In this document: piece after piece, positions 34,801-49,169 of the stretch
Layout: every line of letters begins with the position of its first letter
Position numbering within the stretch: position 1 is the first letter of the stretch
NCBI RefSeq assembly: GCF_001194135.2
Contig: NC_068984.1
Location: 130,354,794-130,418,793 of the forward strand
DNA length: 64,000 nt
Origin: Octopus bimaculoides
Taxonomy: Eukaryota
Direction of reading: 5' to 3'
Made by a program: the position numbers and the translations under genes
Notes under the pieces: generated by a model
The model's database searches: none
What the model was told of the DNA's origin: nothing
Seen by the model: only the letters and a program-made list of their open reading frames with translations

Positions 34801-37800
34801 TGTCATGTCTTGCTCATCTATCCACTAAGAATCTCCAGTTCTCTGCATATGTAAGAAACAATTATTTGTACTGTTATAGATCTCTTTTAGATAAAATCAA
34901 TATAACCTAAATTACAGGGTATCAATTGGAATGTTCCAAGTTAACTGTTAATTTTTAGAAAGAAGTAGAGTAGGAAGGTGGGAAAAATCCAAGCTGTTTA
35001 GAGTTGGAGCATAAAAGCAGGTTGTTTTAGATAATAAAAATAGAATTACTGTGGTATGTATAGAGCAATATTCTGTCTATATCTCTCATATACATTTGAT
35101 TGTAAGATTGTTTCATTTTTGGTAGCGGTGGGGCTAGGTTATTAAAATATATTCCAAAAATCTATTGTTGCCAATTGAAACTCACAATTATAAATGTTTG
35201 TGTCCTGTGTTATATATTATGTCATTTTCTTCTTGGTTTTCTATCCTGTAGAAAGGTATTGACCCTGTTTCTTACTTAAGTGCTCAGTGTCGGATTTTGA
35301 ATATTTAGAACCTTTTTTTTTTTTGTTTTTGTTTTTTGTTTTAGAATTGGGTATGGCTATCACATTTATTACTAGTTGGTATCAGTTCTAGGCAATAAAA
35401 GAATCAGAAGGGTACAAGTGTCCCTACATTATGAATTGAAATACTGTTAGAATTCACTGTTGCTCACTTATTTCAATTGCGATACCAACTTCCTGTTTTT
35501 AAAGTGATTGAGATTATAATCTGCCATCAAAATGTTAAATCATGTGCCAAACACCAGTTTAACAATGACAATGTTATTTTGATTCATGATTTTCTAAATT
35601 AATTGAAACAAAAGCACTGTATTTTAGTCGAAATATGAAAACAAAAGGGTTAGTGTGTATCAATAATATACTAGGATCAGTTCAATCAACTATGTTCCAT
35701 CCAATCCTATTTTGGGGACTTGTGGGAAATCAATATAATAACTCTAAAAGATTAATGCATTTTGAGTACAGCTTCAAAGCACATTAGCTTGTAGCTTATA
35801 GTAACTCAGAAAAACATACCTTATACAAGACTGGCTAATGACTTAAACATTAAACTAAATTATTTTTCCATTCTGTTAAAATTAAACTAAATCTAGATTA
35901 GTGTTCTATTCCATTCCAGTGGAAATGTGTTACAAGATAGTACCAAAGGATAGATGTAGGTTAACAATTTAGATATGGTTACTAGACATTAAATCAAATG
36001 ATGATTCTGTGCAGATGAATTCAACCGATGCTAGGAAATCAATATTTCACATGGTTGGAACATGCAATTTCCAGAGATATTCTTTCTAATAGCTGACCGC
36101 TTCTCCCCATTGTTGGATTGACACCTCATTTGCAGCAGCATCTTATTCCACCAATAAAAATTACTCCTTGTTTTCACATTGACCNNNNNNNNNNNNNTGC
36201 AATTTAAACAATATTTATTGAAGACTGTTGCTGCATTTGTAGCATGGGCTTATCCAAAGACCCAGTCTTGGACAACTATGCTTTAACCTTGTGCCTGTAT
36301 ATCATGTGATACACAGGACAGATTTCCCTGGCATCCATCCATACATCATATATGATATACTCTTTTACTCTTATTTGTTTCAATCATTTGACTGCAGCTA
36401 TGCTGAAGCACTGCCTTTAGTTGAACAAATTGACCCCAGGGCTTATTCCTTGTTAGCCTAGTACTTATTCTATTGGTCTCTTTTGTTGAACCGCTAAGTT
36501 ATAGGAACATAAGCACACCAACATCGGCTGTCAAACGATGGTGGGTGGACACACACACACACACACACACATACACACAATGGGCTTCTTTCAGTTTCCA
36601 ACTACCAAAGACACTTACCCAAGGTACCATGCAGTGGGACTGAGCCTGGAACCATGTGGTTGGGAAGCAAGCTTCTTACCACACAGCCACGCTACATCTA
36701 ATCCCATTTTTTTTTTTACCTACCGTTGTAACTTGAGACCTATCAAAGGAAAGTTTTATATTACTCAAACATATGAAACAAAGGCTAATTAAGTCTGAAA
36801 ACAAGTATGGACATTTTGGACAAACTTACAAAAATGCTTTGGATAGGCAAAGGGTTAACATTAGCCTAAGACCACAAAATTTACACCTCTTTTCATACTT
36901 GCATGGACAGGAAGATTTATTTGTTAGAGCAGTTATTTTTACAGTTAGCCTTCCTACTGCTAGCTGTTTAGCTGTGACATAGTAAGTGGACCTTTCTTTA
37001 GTCAAGCAAACTAGAGGTCACCAGTGTCTTGTACCTTATTCAGAGGTACCTGATAATGTACCCATTGTCCATTGCACCTCACAATGTTTGAAACCATTTG
37101 TTGGTGCGGTATTTTATTGTAGAGAAGACTTTTCAGTCCTTTTGAATTAATTATCAATAATATACTGATATATAATTGAATATATTTCTCATCTACAAAA
37201 GTTATTCATGTGCATAATTTAAAAAAAAAACATTTTATTTTATTGTTAGAAAATTTTTTTTTTAATTGTGACCTTATTAAACTTCTTGCACCAAGCTAAG
37301 TGCATCATATCTTTTTAACATAAATAACATTTTTGTATATCATAAAATGCATAAGTACTTTTTTAATGTTTTGTTCTACATCCTATTTTCTGAAATCATT
37401 TTGAAAGGTCTTGAGTGCAACATATTTCTTCACAATTTCTGTGAAATCACATATTATTTTATGCTTATATCTGTTTTGGTAATTTTTTTCTCTGGTTTAG
37501 TTGTCATTTAACTTGACATCCCATTCTTAGAATCAGACATTGACTTACGTGAAATATCAACTCCAAAGAAGGCTCCTGTTACACTTATAGAGGTGACACT
37601 TTTACCTACCTTGTCCAGGTTGCTTAAGCACATTTTCTAGGCTATAATTGATATTCTGCCTGGTTTATTTAGCTTCTTTGTTCTAATTTATTTATAGTTT
37701 ATTGCAAAATTGGTGGTGGCTATTGTCAGTTGTCCCAACCTTTTCTGACCTAATCCTTACAAAATTTGTAACCTATTTGGTGCTGTCATAAAATTGCACA

Positions 37801-38529
37801 CTCTCACTCCTAGCTCCTTGAGATTGATCCTTTTTGGTTACAGTGACATTGAAGAAAACTAGAGCCAATAAAGGAAAATGTATTGAAAAACAGATGAGCT
37901 AATTTTGTTGAGAGGAAGACATTAAAGTTATTTGTTTGACATTTTATATGAAAAATTTGTTGTAAATTATAAAATTAATTGATAGAAATAAATGATTTAA
38001 ATTATTTTTAGATTCTCAAATTGAATTGATAGTAAATATTGACTGATATGGAAATACTATATTATTAAACATCAAGTTAAAACAAATAAAAATTTCACTT
38101 TTAGTGTTTCTGAAACTGTTTTCCATATTAGTTTGATTAAATAAAATTAACTTTTATGTTTTTATCTGGGTTTTTTCCCTTCGTCATTATGATGGTTTTT
38201 AAGAAGTTATCTGGGTTTAATTTGGAATTAGTATGACATGCCTACAGTTTAATGCAGCAAAACATATCACATGTCATATGTCAAGAATTATTTCTGGTAT
38301 GAATGCTGTTTCAGTTGCTCCAGCAGTACCATAAGCCCATATATAGTGTTCAGAAAGTTTGGTATGAAACCTCATTAAACCATTTGTTTGGATTTTTCAT
38401 ATTGGTTGCATAAATTTATGTGTTTGTATAAATTTAATAATGTGTGCACAGCACCTTGGACAAGTGTCTTCTGCTATGGTCCTTGGCCAACCAAATCTTT
38501 GTGAGTGGATATAGACTAACTAAAGTAAA

Positions 38530-39270
38530 TCGTGTGTTCAGGTGTTTGAGGTAAATTTGACAGTTTGCATAAAAGGAAAACAAAACAATATTCCATCCAA
38601 AAATGAAAGTTTTTTTTTTTTAATCCAAGAAATATTAACTAGTTTTTGGATGGGAGATAAGTTTACTCAAAGTAGCTGCCCTCAGTTTCTGCTATGACCT
38701 CTGGAACCTGGCGCATGCGTTCTTCACTGTCTGCCAACACTTGGCCTTGGTGTTGCAGGCAGAGTGGTTGGTGAGTTTCTCAAATGCACCCTACATATAG
38801 TAATCCATGGGATTACAATTGGTGGAATTAGGAGGCAAGGCAAGAAGTTGGTTCTGATGAAGTCATAGAAATTTTCTGACAACCACTTCTGACTCTCTCT
38901 GGTGGTATTGCTAGGAGCTTAAGCTGTCACATGTGGCCTTCCAGCAACAATCCTCTCCAACCAGGGATTGATGCTCCAGCGGCTTCACATAGCTGTCTAA
39001 GGCTCTGTTCAAAGGAGTAGAGATGAATTCCAGTGTGCTCTCCATGTCCTGTTTTACAGCCTGTACAGTTATCAGAGAGCATTGAGCAGCAGTCACGATG
39101 TCTGCATTTTAATACCTGGTACGAATCCTCATGATACAAATAACTCTTTTCCAATATTCAGATGGCTTCCACTCACCCATGCCAGCTAACTTTTTCTCAC
39201 TCACAAATTTAATCTTTACGCTCTCCAGTGTTGTTGGCTGTTCACCAGTACATCGAGCTGTTCCTGAAAA
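38530..39270 (-). mobile_element. Degenerate Tc1/mariner-superfamily (maT/DD37D-like) transposase remnant
   Basis: Minus-strand LPPNSTNCNPMDYYM*GAFE (compare WPPNSPDCNPMDYYVWG), VKNACARF and terminal EGSYFE* (stop at 38663). Frameshifted. Confidence 0.68.
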
Positions 39271-39275
39271 TAAAC

Positions 39276-39361
<86 letters not shown>

Positions 39362-40202
39362 GTGTCTTAAACATCATATGATAGTTGTAAGCATTGTATC
39401 ACCCTCATTCAAGCTGTCCTCATCATTTCCAGTCTTATGTGAAAACATGCCTGGACTTGGGGGAATATTACCCTATTTAGAAACCAATGAAGATTGACAT
39501 CTGGCCATAGAAAATTTGCCCCAGCAGATTTTGTCTGATCCATGCATGCATGGGAAAATAGATGTTAAAATAACAATGATAATGTGTGCTCAGTTAGAAA
39601 ATATCTGGTGATATAATTTTGGATTGGAAAAGATTTAAATATGCTGGGTAAATAAGCATGATTGAATTATACAAGACGAAAAACAAAAAAAATTGTTATA
39701 TGCAGAGAAACCTCTATTTGGATGTTGTCTCACTGTTGCTATATCTGTGATAGATTCTGTTGATGAATTGAAGTTATAACTAAAATGGCAGCTTTTTAAA
39801 AATTCTTTTTTTTTAATAGTTATAGAAATAATTCCTCACTAATGAGTGTCTGTTCATAATTCAAATATTTTTATTCTTTAAAATTTATTTTAGTGTATTT
39901 GAAGAGTTCCATCATTATATCTGTGATGTGAATTTTTCTATTAAACCAAATGGTTGTGGAGATTGAACTTTATGTTGGATTAATTTTGAATTGAAGAGGC
40001 TGACACTTGTCTCTTTGGTCTTTAAAATAATAAAATCATTTTTTTTTTTTATATGCTGAACATAGAAATTTACTGTTAGTTAATTAATATTTGAAATATT
40101 AACTAAGAATAGTACTTCAGATTTGGTGTATTACTTATTTACAAATAAGACCTATTGTTTTTATTGCTTATTTATGTTTCTCTTTTCTGTTTCTTTTTTC
40201 AG

Positions 40203-40289
40203 AATTCCCATTCTCAGAAACCTCAGAAGATTCTGGTCATGAACCCTTAGCAGTGCCACCACTAACTGCTGCAGCAGCAGCAGGACCAT
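40203..40289 (+). CDS. MTA1: Candidate 87-nt in-frame cassette exon of MTA in the BAH variable loop (K-FPFSETSEDSGHEPLAVPPLTAAAAAGP-F)
   Basis: Long polypyrimidine tract (about 40176-40200) plus AG, donor T|GTAAGC at 40290. 87 nt = 29 codons, phase 1 to 1, open only in the frame required by exons 3 and 5, and GC-richer than its flanks. No protein homology recognised, so support is splice signals and frame only. Confidence 0.7.
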
Positions 40290-42933
40290 GTAAGCTTTAC
40301 ATTGAAACTTCTAAACATGAGGCAGTTGGCAGTATTTATGGACATATTTCAATGCTTTTTAGTCTTGGCCATTGCAAATTATGTTTCGGGACTAGTTAAT
40401 TTTTTCCAGATTTTAGATTTCTATTTTGATCTCTTGATGAATTGTATTTTGCCATTTATGCTTCAATGAATTGGTCTGCAGACTTGTTTCATTGCACCCA
40501 CAGATTGTCATTTCTTTGTGCATTCCCAAGTCATTTAATATTGCTCTTAATCACCTAATTATATAATTAATCAATACCTCACCTATCAGTATTACATATC
40601 CCTATTCATGTGTAAGCCGCAATTATCTTACATGTCTACATATTACATATCCTATGAAACACTCTTTTTTTTTTTTTTAAGATTATGTATTTCATCAGAT
40701 GAAAAAAAAAAAGTACAGTAATTGATTTTTACCAGTTTGATTTGAGATAGTTTGTTTCACAATTTGTTTCATATTAGATTTCATGCTATTTTAGTTTATG
40801 CTGTTGTAGCCTATTTTTAATTTCAACCCTAACTTTTTTTTTTTATTTGTAGTATAAATTTTGTATTTGGTTCTGCTAGGAATTGGAAGTGTTTGCTTCC
40901 CTATATAACTCTTTACATTGGTTAATGAATTATTTTCTGTTTTCCATATAGGGTAGTTTGAAAATAAATTTTGTATTTACCTCTAGACTAGCTACAATGA
41001 GGTGATCAATAAACCCAGTGTTTTGTTTCAAATGAATACTTATATAATGTCATGGATATATTTACATGTATACTATGTTTTAAATTTATCTCTGACCATC
41101 ACTGTCTTCCTTTCCTGGATATATACACAGTTTGTCACTCAGAGCTATGTATGTATGTAAGAATAAAACACCTGCTGATGAGAAATTAAATTGACCAAAA
41201 CAGTAAAAATGTAAATATTAAAAAAAGAAAAGATTCTATCCCTAAAGATGAAGTCTAGTAATGTGAAAAACAATTGTATTAGCAATAACTTAGAGATTTA
41301 GTCTTCAATTGAATTTGTTCAGTAGATTAGATGACTTAACATTTTGTCACAGTTATCTTTTAATTGCAAGTTTTAGTTTATTTGGAGTATATTGTAAATA
41401 AAGAAAACAGATCAGCTATGGAAATTATATTTTCAGATTTAGACATAGGCAGAAAATAGCCCCAAAACTTTAAATTAATTTAAAATACAAAACAAAAGAA
41501 TAGAATCATCTCCACCCTTGCAACTGGAGCTTTAATATTAGGGGAAAGTGTCATCTTGAACATTAAGGAGATACTTGTGCCAAAGAGTTTACTCATTCTA
41601 TTATGCCTCAAAACTGATCATAAATTGATTGGTTGTAATTTTATGATTATTTTGTAATGTTTTAAGATATCAGCTATATTATGAAATAATGTCTAAAGAA
41701 AAATATGTGAAAGCTCATAAAGGAATTTACAAATACCTCAGTAAATATAAATCTTCAAAGGCTCAAATGTCTTAATTTTTATTATAGTATCTTTAGTACA
41801 AAATACAGTCAAGTGCTAATGACACCAGATTTACTCCTCCTATCACCATATTCTAACCCATTAGGCTTTAATTTTCTTAATCTTTTATTGATAATGACCA
41901 TCTGTTTGAATTATATTGGAGGGGCATTTATATAACGTTTCTACAATCATTACATGATAGATATTCAGTGGAAGAAGTCATATAAAATGACATTCATCCC
42001 GTTCTGTTTATATCTAATTTGGTTTTGTTAGTGTCCCCTTTAAATACTTGAATCCTAGTTGATTGGATTAAAAGACAAATGTTTTATACTATGATTTAGT
42101 GCTTTGTCCTTGATAACTCACACGCCACTTAAACTGCCAATGGGTAGTGTTTTAACAAGAGCACTGTAAAAATTGATGTTTATGTTCTGCTCATTTTTTA
42201 CTATGGTTGTAGCTTTGAGACAGACTCAGCCAGGTACTGCATGAAGAAAAAAAGCCACCAGTACTTCACTTTTTTTTTTTTTTTTTTTTTTTTTGTGCTC
42301 GTCCATTCCAGATTTGCTAATTCAAAATAAGATATCATAATTAAGTATAACAAAATGTAAACTTCCCAATAAATATTGGTTCAATTAATATTTGAGATAA
42401 TCAATATTCATTAGGATTGTCCCTAATTGTAACTGACAATCTATATCCATCAAAATTGTCCTTTATATTTGTACTTATGTGCTAAAAATATGCACTAAAG
42501 ATTGTCAATAACAATTCTGAATGAATCTGGTCAGTAATAGTTAATCTATCATTCATTACAATAAATTAACCCATAAAATTAGGTTTTATAAACTGTAAAA
42601 CGATGAAATTAGAGCTAAGTGGTTGGCTTTGTTATTTCTTCATAGTCAATAAAATAAGTGTACAAACTGAAAGGTAAACTACATGTGGTGTGTTTGATTT
42701 TTAGGGCATCACTGGATTTATCACTGCATGCTCAACAACATTTGTTAAACAATTGTATTGCCTTTATGTTCGTGTTAATTTATTCTACATCTATTTGTAT
42801 TAAATTGCTTCCCTGCTTTTGCTGGTATGATTTAAAGTTTTCATGGTAATTACTGAAAATATCTATCTAGAGTTAATAATGTTTTTATGTATTATCTCAG
42901 ACTAATGTGAGTGTTTAATTTTGTACATTGCAG

Positions 42934-43124
42934 TTCCTTCTATGGAAGAAGATTCCGAAGAGATCAATGATGACATCACAGAGAAACAACGCCATCAATT
43001 GAAGCACAGAGAACTCTTCTTGTCAAGACAAGTCGAGACTTTACCAGCAACACATATTCGAGGAAAATGTGTTGTCACACTTTTAAATGAAACAGAATCA
43101 TTATTATCATATTTGAACAAAGAG
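42934..43124 (+). CDS. MTA1: MTA exon 5 (BAH: [63 protein letters not shown])
   Basis: Acceptor TTGCAG| at 42933, donor GAG|GTATGT at 43125, 191 nt, phase 1 to 0. Contains the conserved [28 protein letters not shown]. Confidence 0.96.
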
Positions 43125-45639
43125 GTATGTTCCTTTCTTCTAAACACAAATTCTACAGTTCTTGTTGGGAGACATTGCATCTAAAATGTTTTGTGTGAAC
43201 TTTGTCCCACCATCTCTCTTTCTCTCACCGTCTTCCTCTTTGCTCACTGGAGAGGCCATGCATCTCCTCTACAAGAACACATCTTTTTTTTTTTTTTTCT
43301 TCTTTTGTCCCTTTATCATACTTTAACCTCTCATCACCTGGAACAAAGCCACCTAACTCAGTCGAGAGAGTCTTTCCTTGCAAATTACTTGGTGCATTCA
43401 TTGATATATGGTGCCGCATAAAAAGCACCCACTATACTCTGTAAAGTGGTTGCAGTTAGGAAGGGCATACTGCCATAATGCCAAAGCAGATTTTGCAGCT
43501 GGGTGCAGTCGACTTGCCAGCTCCTATCAACCCATCCAACCCATGCCATCATGGAAAACACTAAATGGTGATTATGATTTTGACTCTGAACTAAAGAGAT
43601 AAACCAAACCAGTTTTATTATATGCTTGAGTATTGAATATTAGCTGCTATGAAATAGACTGAAAACTACTTTTGTTGGAGAGAGGCTTTGATAAATGGAA
43701 TCACCACTAATATTTTACTATGAAATTTATAAGTTTATTATCAGAAAATAGTTACTGTAAGCTTGTGAAAAAAATCGTTTAAATTGCTAGAATGAAAACT
43801 TAATAATTGATAGAGAACTACGGTGGAAACCTTAAATTAAAAGAATCCAGAAAATCAAAGAAGCACTTGAGAAAGATCTTATTGAAAGCCCATTCAGTAA
43901 GGTTAGCATGGATAACAAGTTTCTCACAGATTTCTGTCACTGACATGATTGGAGAAACTAGTTGTGGATTGGGTATTCACTCCGGGAGCTGTCCATGGTG
44001 ATTATCTATGGAAACATTAAAAGTATTGTTTTCTGAATTGGTTTCAGAAAATAGGGACTTTTATGTGACATTTTGAAACTTCAAAATAATTTTATTTTAA
44101 AAGCTTTAGCTTTCTTTTTTTCTTTTTTACTTATGAAAAAAAACTGTAATTTTATTATTTTAGATTTGTAAGGAAGGGATAAAGTTAGACTGGAGAGATT
44201 CTTATGTTGCTTGTAAGGTTATAATGTGGGGCATGTAGACAAATATAGAGGGGTGGGCTCATAGGTCATTGACAATATTTCATGCAGATATAGAAATTAC
44301 TAATAATTTCAAGGTTGAAATTATATTAAAATATTAAATTCTGTGGTAAAAAAATAAAAAAATCAAAAAAAAAATCAAATATTTGCACTGAATATCATTC
44401 AAAGATTTTACTTGATAGGGTTTTTTCTTTGTTTGCTTTGTAAGTTTCTAAACTCAATTATTCAACATAGTAGAAACTGTTACTTGCAGGTACATGCCTA
44501 TACGTTGAAGCATATGACAATCTTTTAGTAGATACTGGTAAAATCTATTCATATTTTCCATAAAGGTTTATCTTAAAAGCTGTTGTATACCACCTTTTAA
44601 TGCAAGATATCATTCATTAATGATTGAGACTATCCAAGTTTGCCTGCCATTTTCATAACATGAATCAGGTGTTGTTAGAATTTTATTTTCTCTAAATATT
44701 TGTTCATTAGTTCTATTAAATTGTATCTTTTTAAAACTTACATGAAGTTATATAAACTTCAGATTTAGTAATAACAGCCCTGAGTTTGAATGATTTTTGT
44801 TTGCAACAAATAATAAAAATGCATCAAACATAATGCATATGCATTTTATGTTGTTTCAGCCCTTTGTGTATAAACATGATTTCTAGTGAGTGAATTGTGT
44901 GGAAACTTTGATTATATTTCTCTTTCATAACTTTTAGAAGACATCACACCCATTTCCTCCTCATCATGTCTCAAAATTCATTGGCTGTTTCTTTTATTTC
45001 AACTCAAGTGTTCCATATAATGACCTAAGACTAATCACTATGCAAAATGTAAACAAAGAAAAAAAGGACAAACTAGATGAAATTAGCTCATTTGTGCCAT
45101 CCATATAATGAGTGAAGCTACAATATAATGTTGACTGATAACTCATTTTATATGGTGATATTTAAACGAAAAAACTTTATATTTCAAAGTTCACTTGAAA
45201 TGCTCCCGTAAAATTAGACTCTTAAGTTGCTTAAAATATCACTTTAATATAATAAATATAACATAAGAAATAGTTTTAAATTTATGATTATTTCAAAAAC
45301 TCATTGAAACATTTTAGTTAATATCGGGACAAAATAGTTAATAACTTTATAATTGTTCATTGTATCATCTTCTCACTTCACACTGATTTTCTTTCAAAGA
45401 TTTATGATAATTTCAAATTAGGAAACCTATAATTCACACATTGATCTGAATTTGAAGAATATTCAGCCTTGAAAAAGGAAAGAAAAATAGTCTGCAATAA
45501 AAAAGAAAGATTAAACCTAATCTCATCATCAGTTCATCTTTTTTCTATATTAATTAATCTTTTGCATATCTTTTCAAATTGAAATATTAGAATGATGAGA
45601 CAAAAATCTGTCCTTTAAAACTGAAAAGAAAAAAGGTAA

Positions 45640-45713
45640 ATGCTATGATGGTGTATTTTTCGTCATCAGCTAATGTACTTTTGTACTTGTTGATAATCGC
45701 ATGTCTGAGCATT
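45640..45713 (+). ncRNA. SNORD56: Box C/D snoRNA, SNORD56/U56-like, subtype 1 (D' = CAGC), in the intron after exon 5
   Basis: C box ATGATGG 45645-45651, guide TATTTTTCGTCA, D' CAGC, C' TTGATAA, D box CTGA 45705-45708. Terminal stem AAGGTAAATGC / GCATTTTACCTT. The guide is complementary to the conserved 18S segment UGACGAAAAAUA. The 5' half resembles human U56 as I recall it (AUGAUGGCAAUAUUUUUCGUCAACAGC). Confidence 0.82.
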
Positions 45714-47061
45714 TTACCTTCCTTATTATTTCTTTGAAAAGTCTTTCTGTTAACGAAAAGTACTCCATAAATAATATTATTGTCTTAAACATTACAATAT
45801 ATTTGAGATCTATTATAACCTAGTGAAAACAATTTTTTTTTTAATTAGCAAAGGAATATAAACAAATAGATAACTATGTTCAGTATTTGCAAAGAAATAT
45901 TCTAAGATTTAATAATAAACACATATATGTTAGGTGCTCAGAAATAAATGTGTAAATTACTTGTAACTTAATGCTTTCATTAACCAACCTACTCATGGTC
46001 ACCCTTTCTTATATCTAACCATTGTTTATTTTTACCTGTATATATTAAAATCAAAATATTGTAGCAAGCACAACTATGTAGTGGACATTGCAAGTTCTAT
46101 GTTTTAATTTCCTTTAGCAAAAGTGAGGAATTGAATCCTTAATTAAAATTCATATTTCCATGTTATAGGTTAGATGGATCACACTATACTATGTATCGCT
46201 CTAGTTTACAATGAGTGACACTATACCATATATCACCCTAGTTTACTATAAGTATGCTATGGAGGAATTCCTACCTCTTCAACATAGCAAGTCATTGCTA
46301 GGCTTACTTTGGGGGCCTCTCAATTCTAAGTTTTGGTTCCAAGCTTGAAACTTTTTCTCTAAATCTTTGATTCAACTATGAGAACCAAGCCATTGACATA
46401 CAAAGTTCCCGTGAACAACTAGTTTAACCATTTAGTTTTCAGATTACTTTGTAAAACTTTATGCTTATTTACTCACATTGCTTTGAATTAATCATGCATT
46501 ATTTCATAGCTTCCAGATTTTGATGATGTGATTATTCTTAGAATGACATTGCAGGATAGATGTGAGAGGCCAGTTCCGGCTGGTTTGAACATAAAATGGG
46601 TAGAATATTTTGGCTGGTTCTGGCCAATTTAAATGCTAAAGAGTTAAATTACTCTTATGGCCTGAATGACTGTAATACAAAGAGGACTACGAACCAATCC
46701 CTATTGTACCCCAACCTACCTATTATATTCCTTGCTGAACTCATTAACTCACCTAACTGACAATATTGCATACATGTTTTGTATAAACCATTCATCTATT
46801 CCTTGTTTTCTAAATGACTGCCAGACTGCATACTGTGAGACTTTGTTAATGACTTTCTAAGTTTAGAAAGACTAGGAAGAGGGCATTGGTGATACCTTCT
46901 GGTATGAATCTGTCATATTTTTTAATATCTGTTAATTGCAACATTGTTTATAGAAGATATTTTATGTATATGTACTTCTTACTGCTGTAACAAAATTTAG
47001 TAAAGTTTGTCTATAAAACCAAAGTGCTCTTTCACTGAGATGAATTATTTTCTCTTTTCAG

Positions 47062-47179
47062 GATACATTTTTTTATTCATTAGTATATGATCCACAACAG
47101 AAAACATTGTTGGCAGACAAAGGTGAAATTCGAGTTGGTTCAAAATATCAAGCAGAAATTACTCCTTTACTTAAAGAAG
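47062..47179 (+). CDS. MTA1: MTA exon 6 (end of BAH, start of ELM2: [39 protein letters not shown])
   Basis: Acceptor TTTTCAG|, donor G|GTAATA at 47180, 118 nt, phase 0 to 1. Conserved [25 protein letters not shown]. Confidence 0.96.
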
Positions 47180-48442
47180 GTAATATTTTGTTTAGTGTTG
47201 GCATTACTACACTTGCTGTTTCTTCAATATGTCTTAACTTCTTCCATTATTGACAGTTATTATGCATGTTCTTCAGAGAAACAACTTAGAATTAAATACA
47301 GAGATAGTTTGTTTAATTAATGATTGAGAAGAAGTAGAGGCAAGATGTTGGTCAGAACTCTATGAATATGTTATTCTAGTTAAGAAATTTATGTATACAG
47401 TTACAGTGTCATTATGAAGTTGCTAGATGGTGTGCAAAGAAAGATATTCAATACGAAAACTTGTAATATACATCCCAATATCCATTTGCTAGTCATAGTA
47501 ATCAAGTGTGATATAGAAACTTACTGACATTATCAACACTAAGTAGTAAGTGGTGAGATTGAAAATATATGGATATCAAGTGTTTTGTCTAAACACCTGG
47601 ATGTCGCACACACATATATTACCTGGGCATTGCTGTGTGGCCATGTTAGTTTACTTACAATACCATTCTATATCTACTGACCCAATTTCCATTTTCTGTT
47701 TCCTGTGACTTTATTATTACAGTTTTCATAAATATTTTCATCAAATAGTTAGTCAGGTCATCTTAAACTAAGCCTGTAGGTATTTCATTTCCACACACTC
47801 ATACCATACACTGAACAGTACATAGATCTAATACCTAAGAAGAATTAACTACCTGTATGTTTCTATTAATTATAAAAATTAGGATTGGGAAGGAAGGACT
47901 CTATTAAACTTGAATTTGATCTCTCCGATTTTCCAGAACCTAGAATGCCATGATTTGAACTGATTTCTTGATTTTTATCTGCTAATGAAATATTAACTTG
48001 GGTGTACCAGAAATAGCTGAAGATAGAAAGAGTTTATGGCGACTGTCTATTAAAGGAGTAGTTAAATGAATACTTGTACATCATGAGTGATATCAGTTCA
48101 AATACCAGTTCTTTTATTTTTCAGCTAGCCTCTTTCTCTTATGATAAATATGTAATTAGTTAATGTAGTTTCTCTTTCTATTAGTTTTGTTCATATAGTT
48201 TTCATTGACATTCAAAGACAAGATTATATTATATGTTTGTCAGAAGTGTGCTGTAAAAGATTAATATAGGTACATAATATGAGAATTGCACACAGGTACT
48301 TACAAGAAAAATGGTAGTTGGTGATGATATGGGAAATGAGAAAAATTTTAGCACAAGATGCAGGTGTCTGGTGTCATATTTTAGAGATTATTTGAAGTAA
48401 AATTAACTTTTTTTTTTTTTTTTTTTTTTTTGTTGCTTATAG

Positions 48443-48551
48443 GTGAAAAAGATGGAAGAAGCTTGGATGAACTTGAGCAGTTAATTTGGCTGCCTGGCCC
48501 TGATAACACCTTAACACCAAAAGAAATTGATCAGTTTTTGATATTAGCCAG
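48443..48551 (+). CDS. MTA1: MTA exon 7 (ELM2: GEKDGRSLDELEQLIWLPGPDNTLTPKEIDQFLILA)
   Basis: Poly-T tract plus TAG| at 48442, donor AG|GTTGGT at 48552, 109 nt, phase 1 to 2. Matches the MTA pattern E..G.D...LE..VW....LT..QIDQFL..AR. Confidence 0.93.
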
Positions 48552-49169
48552 GTTGGTTTACAGAAATTTTGTTTATTAAATGAACTATTCTAAATTGTCC
48601 AAAGTGTTCTTGTTTTGTCTTTTCAGCCAGCCAAAAATGTTGTGTTCCAGAAATTTTTTTTTTTCGTTTTTTTCACATTTCTCGTCTTAAAGAAGATGAA
48701 TTCAGTCTGTTGAAATTTATTTAAAAAAAAGTTTTATTCTTTTTCCTCTTTTTTGTTATGAAAACACCAGACCAGGGTTTTCTTATATTTAAATCAAAAT
48801 ACTGATGAAGGCAGTGATATGATGTGATTTCACTTGGTAAACACTTGTACACTGTCAGAAATTGCAACAATGTGAATTCCTTTTCCTCAAGGTTTCTTAG
48901 TTATTTTTTCCTTGTGTATTTTTTTATTTTTATAACACCCCGTCCACCCCCCAAAAAAAACTTTAAAAAAAAAATTATGTTAGCTTCAGATTTAGTAATA
49001 GTAATTCTAATTTTGAATGCTTTTATGTTTTTTTTTCTCTTTCTTTTGAATGTAACAACTAACAGAAATGCTATAAGCAATAATATGGAGTGGACTTTGA
49101 ACTAGATGTTTCAATTTCTAAATTAAAAAGCAATCTGTGGTTTAAAAGTGAATTCTTTCCATTTGGTAA

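Noticed and set aside
38759-38770. 12-nt in-frame microexon-like pattern TTGCAG|GCAGAGTGGTTG|GTGAGT
   Set aside because: It lies inside an antisense Tc1/mariner remnant with a weak pyrimidine tract, so chance is the most likely explanation.
42901-42912. CTCAG|ACTAAT|GTGAGT 6-nt microexon-like pattern
   Set aside because: It would leave a 27-nt intron before exon 5, too short to splice.
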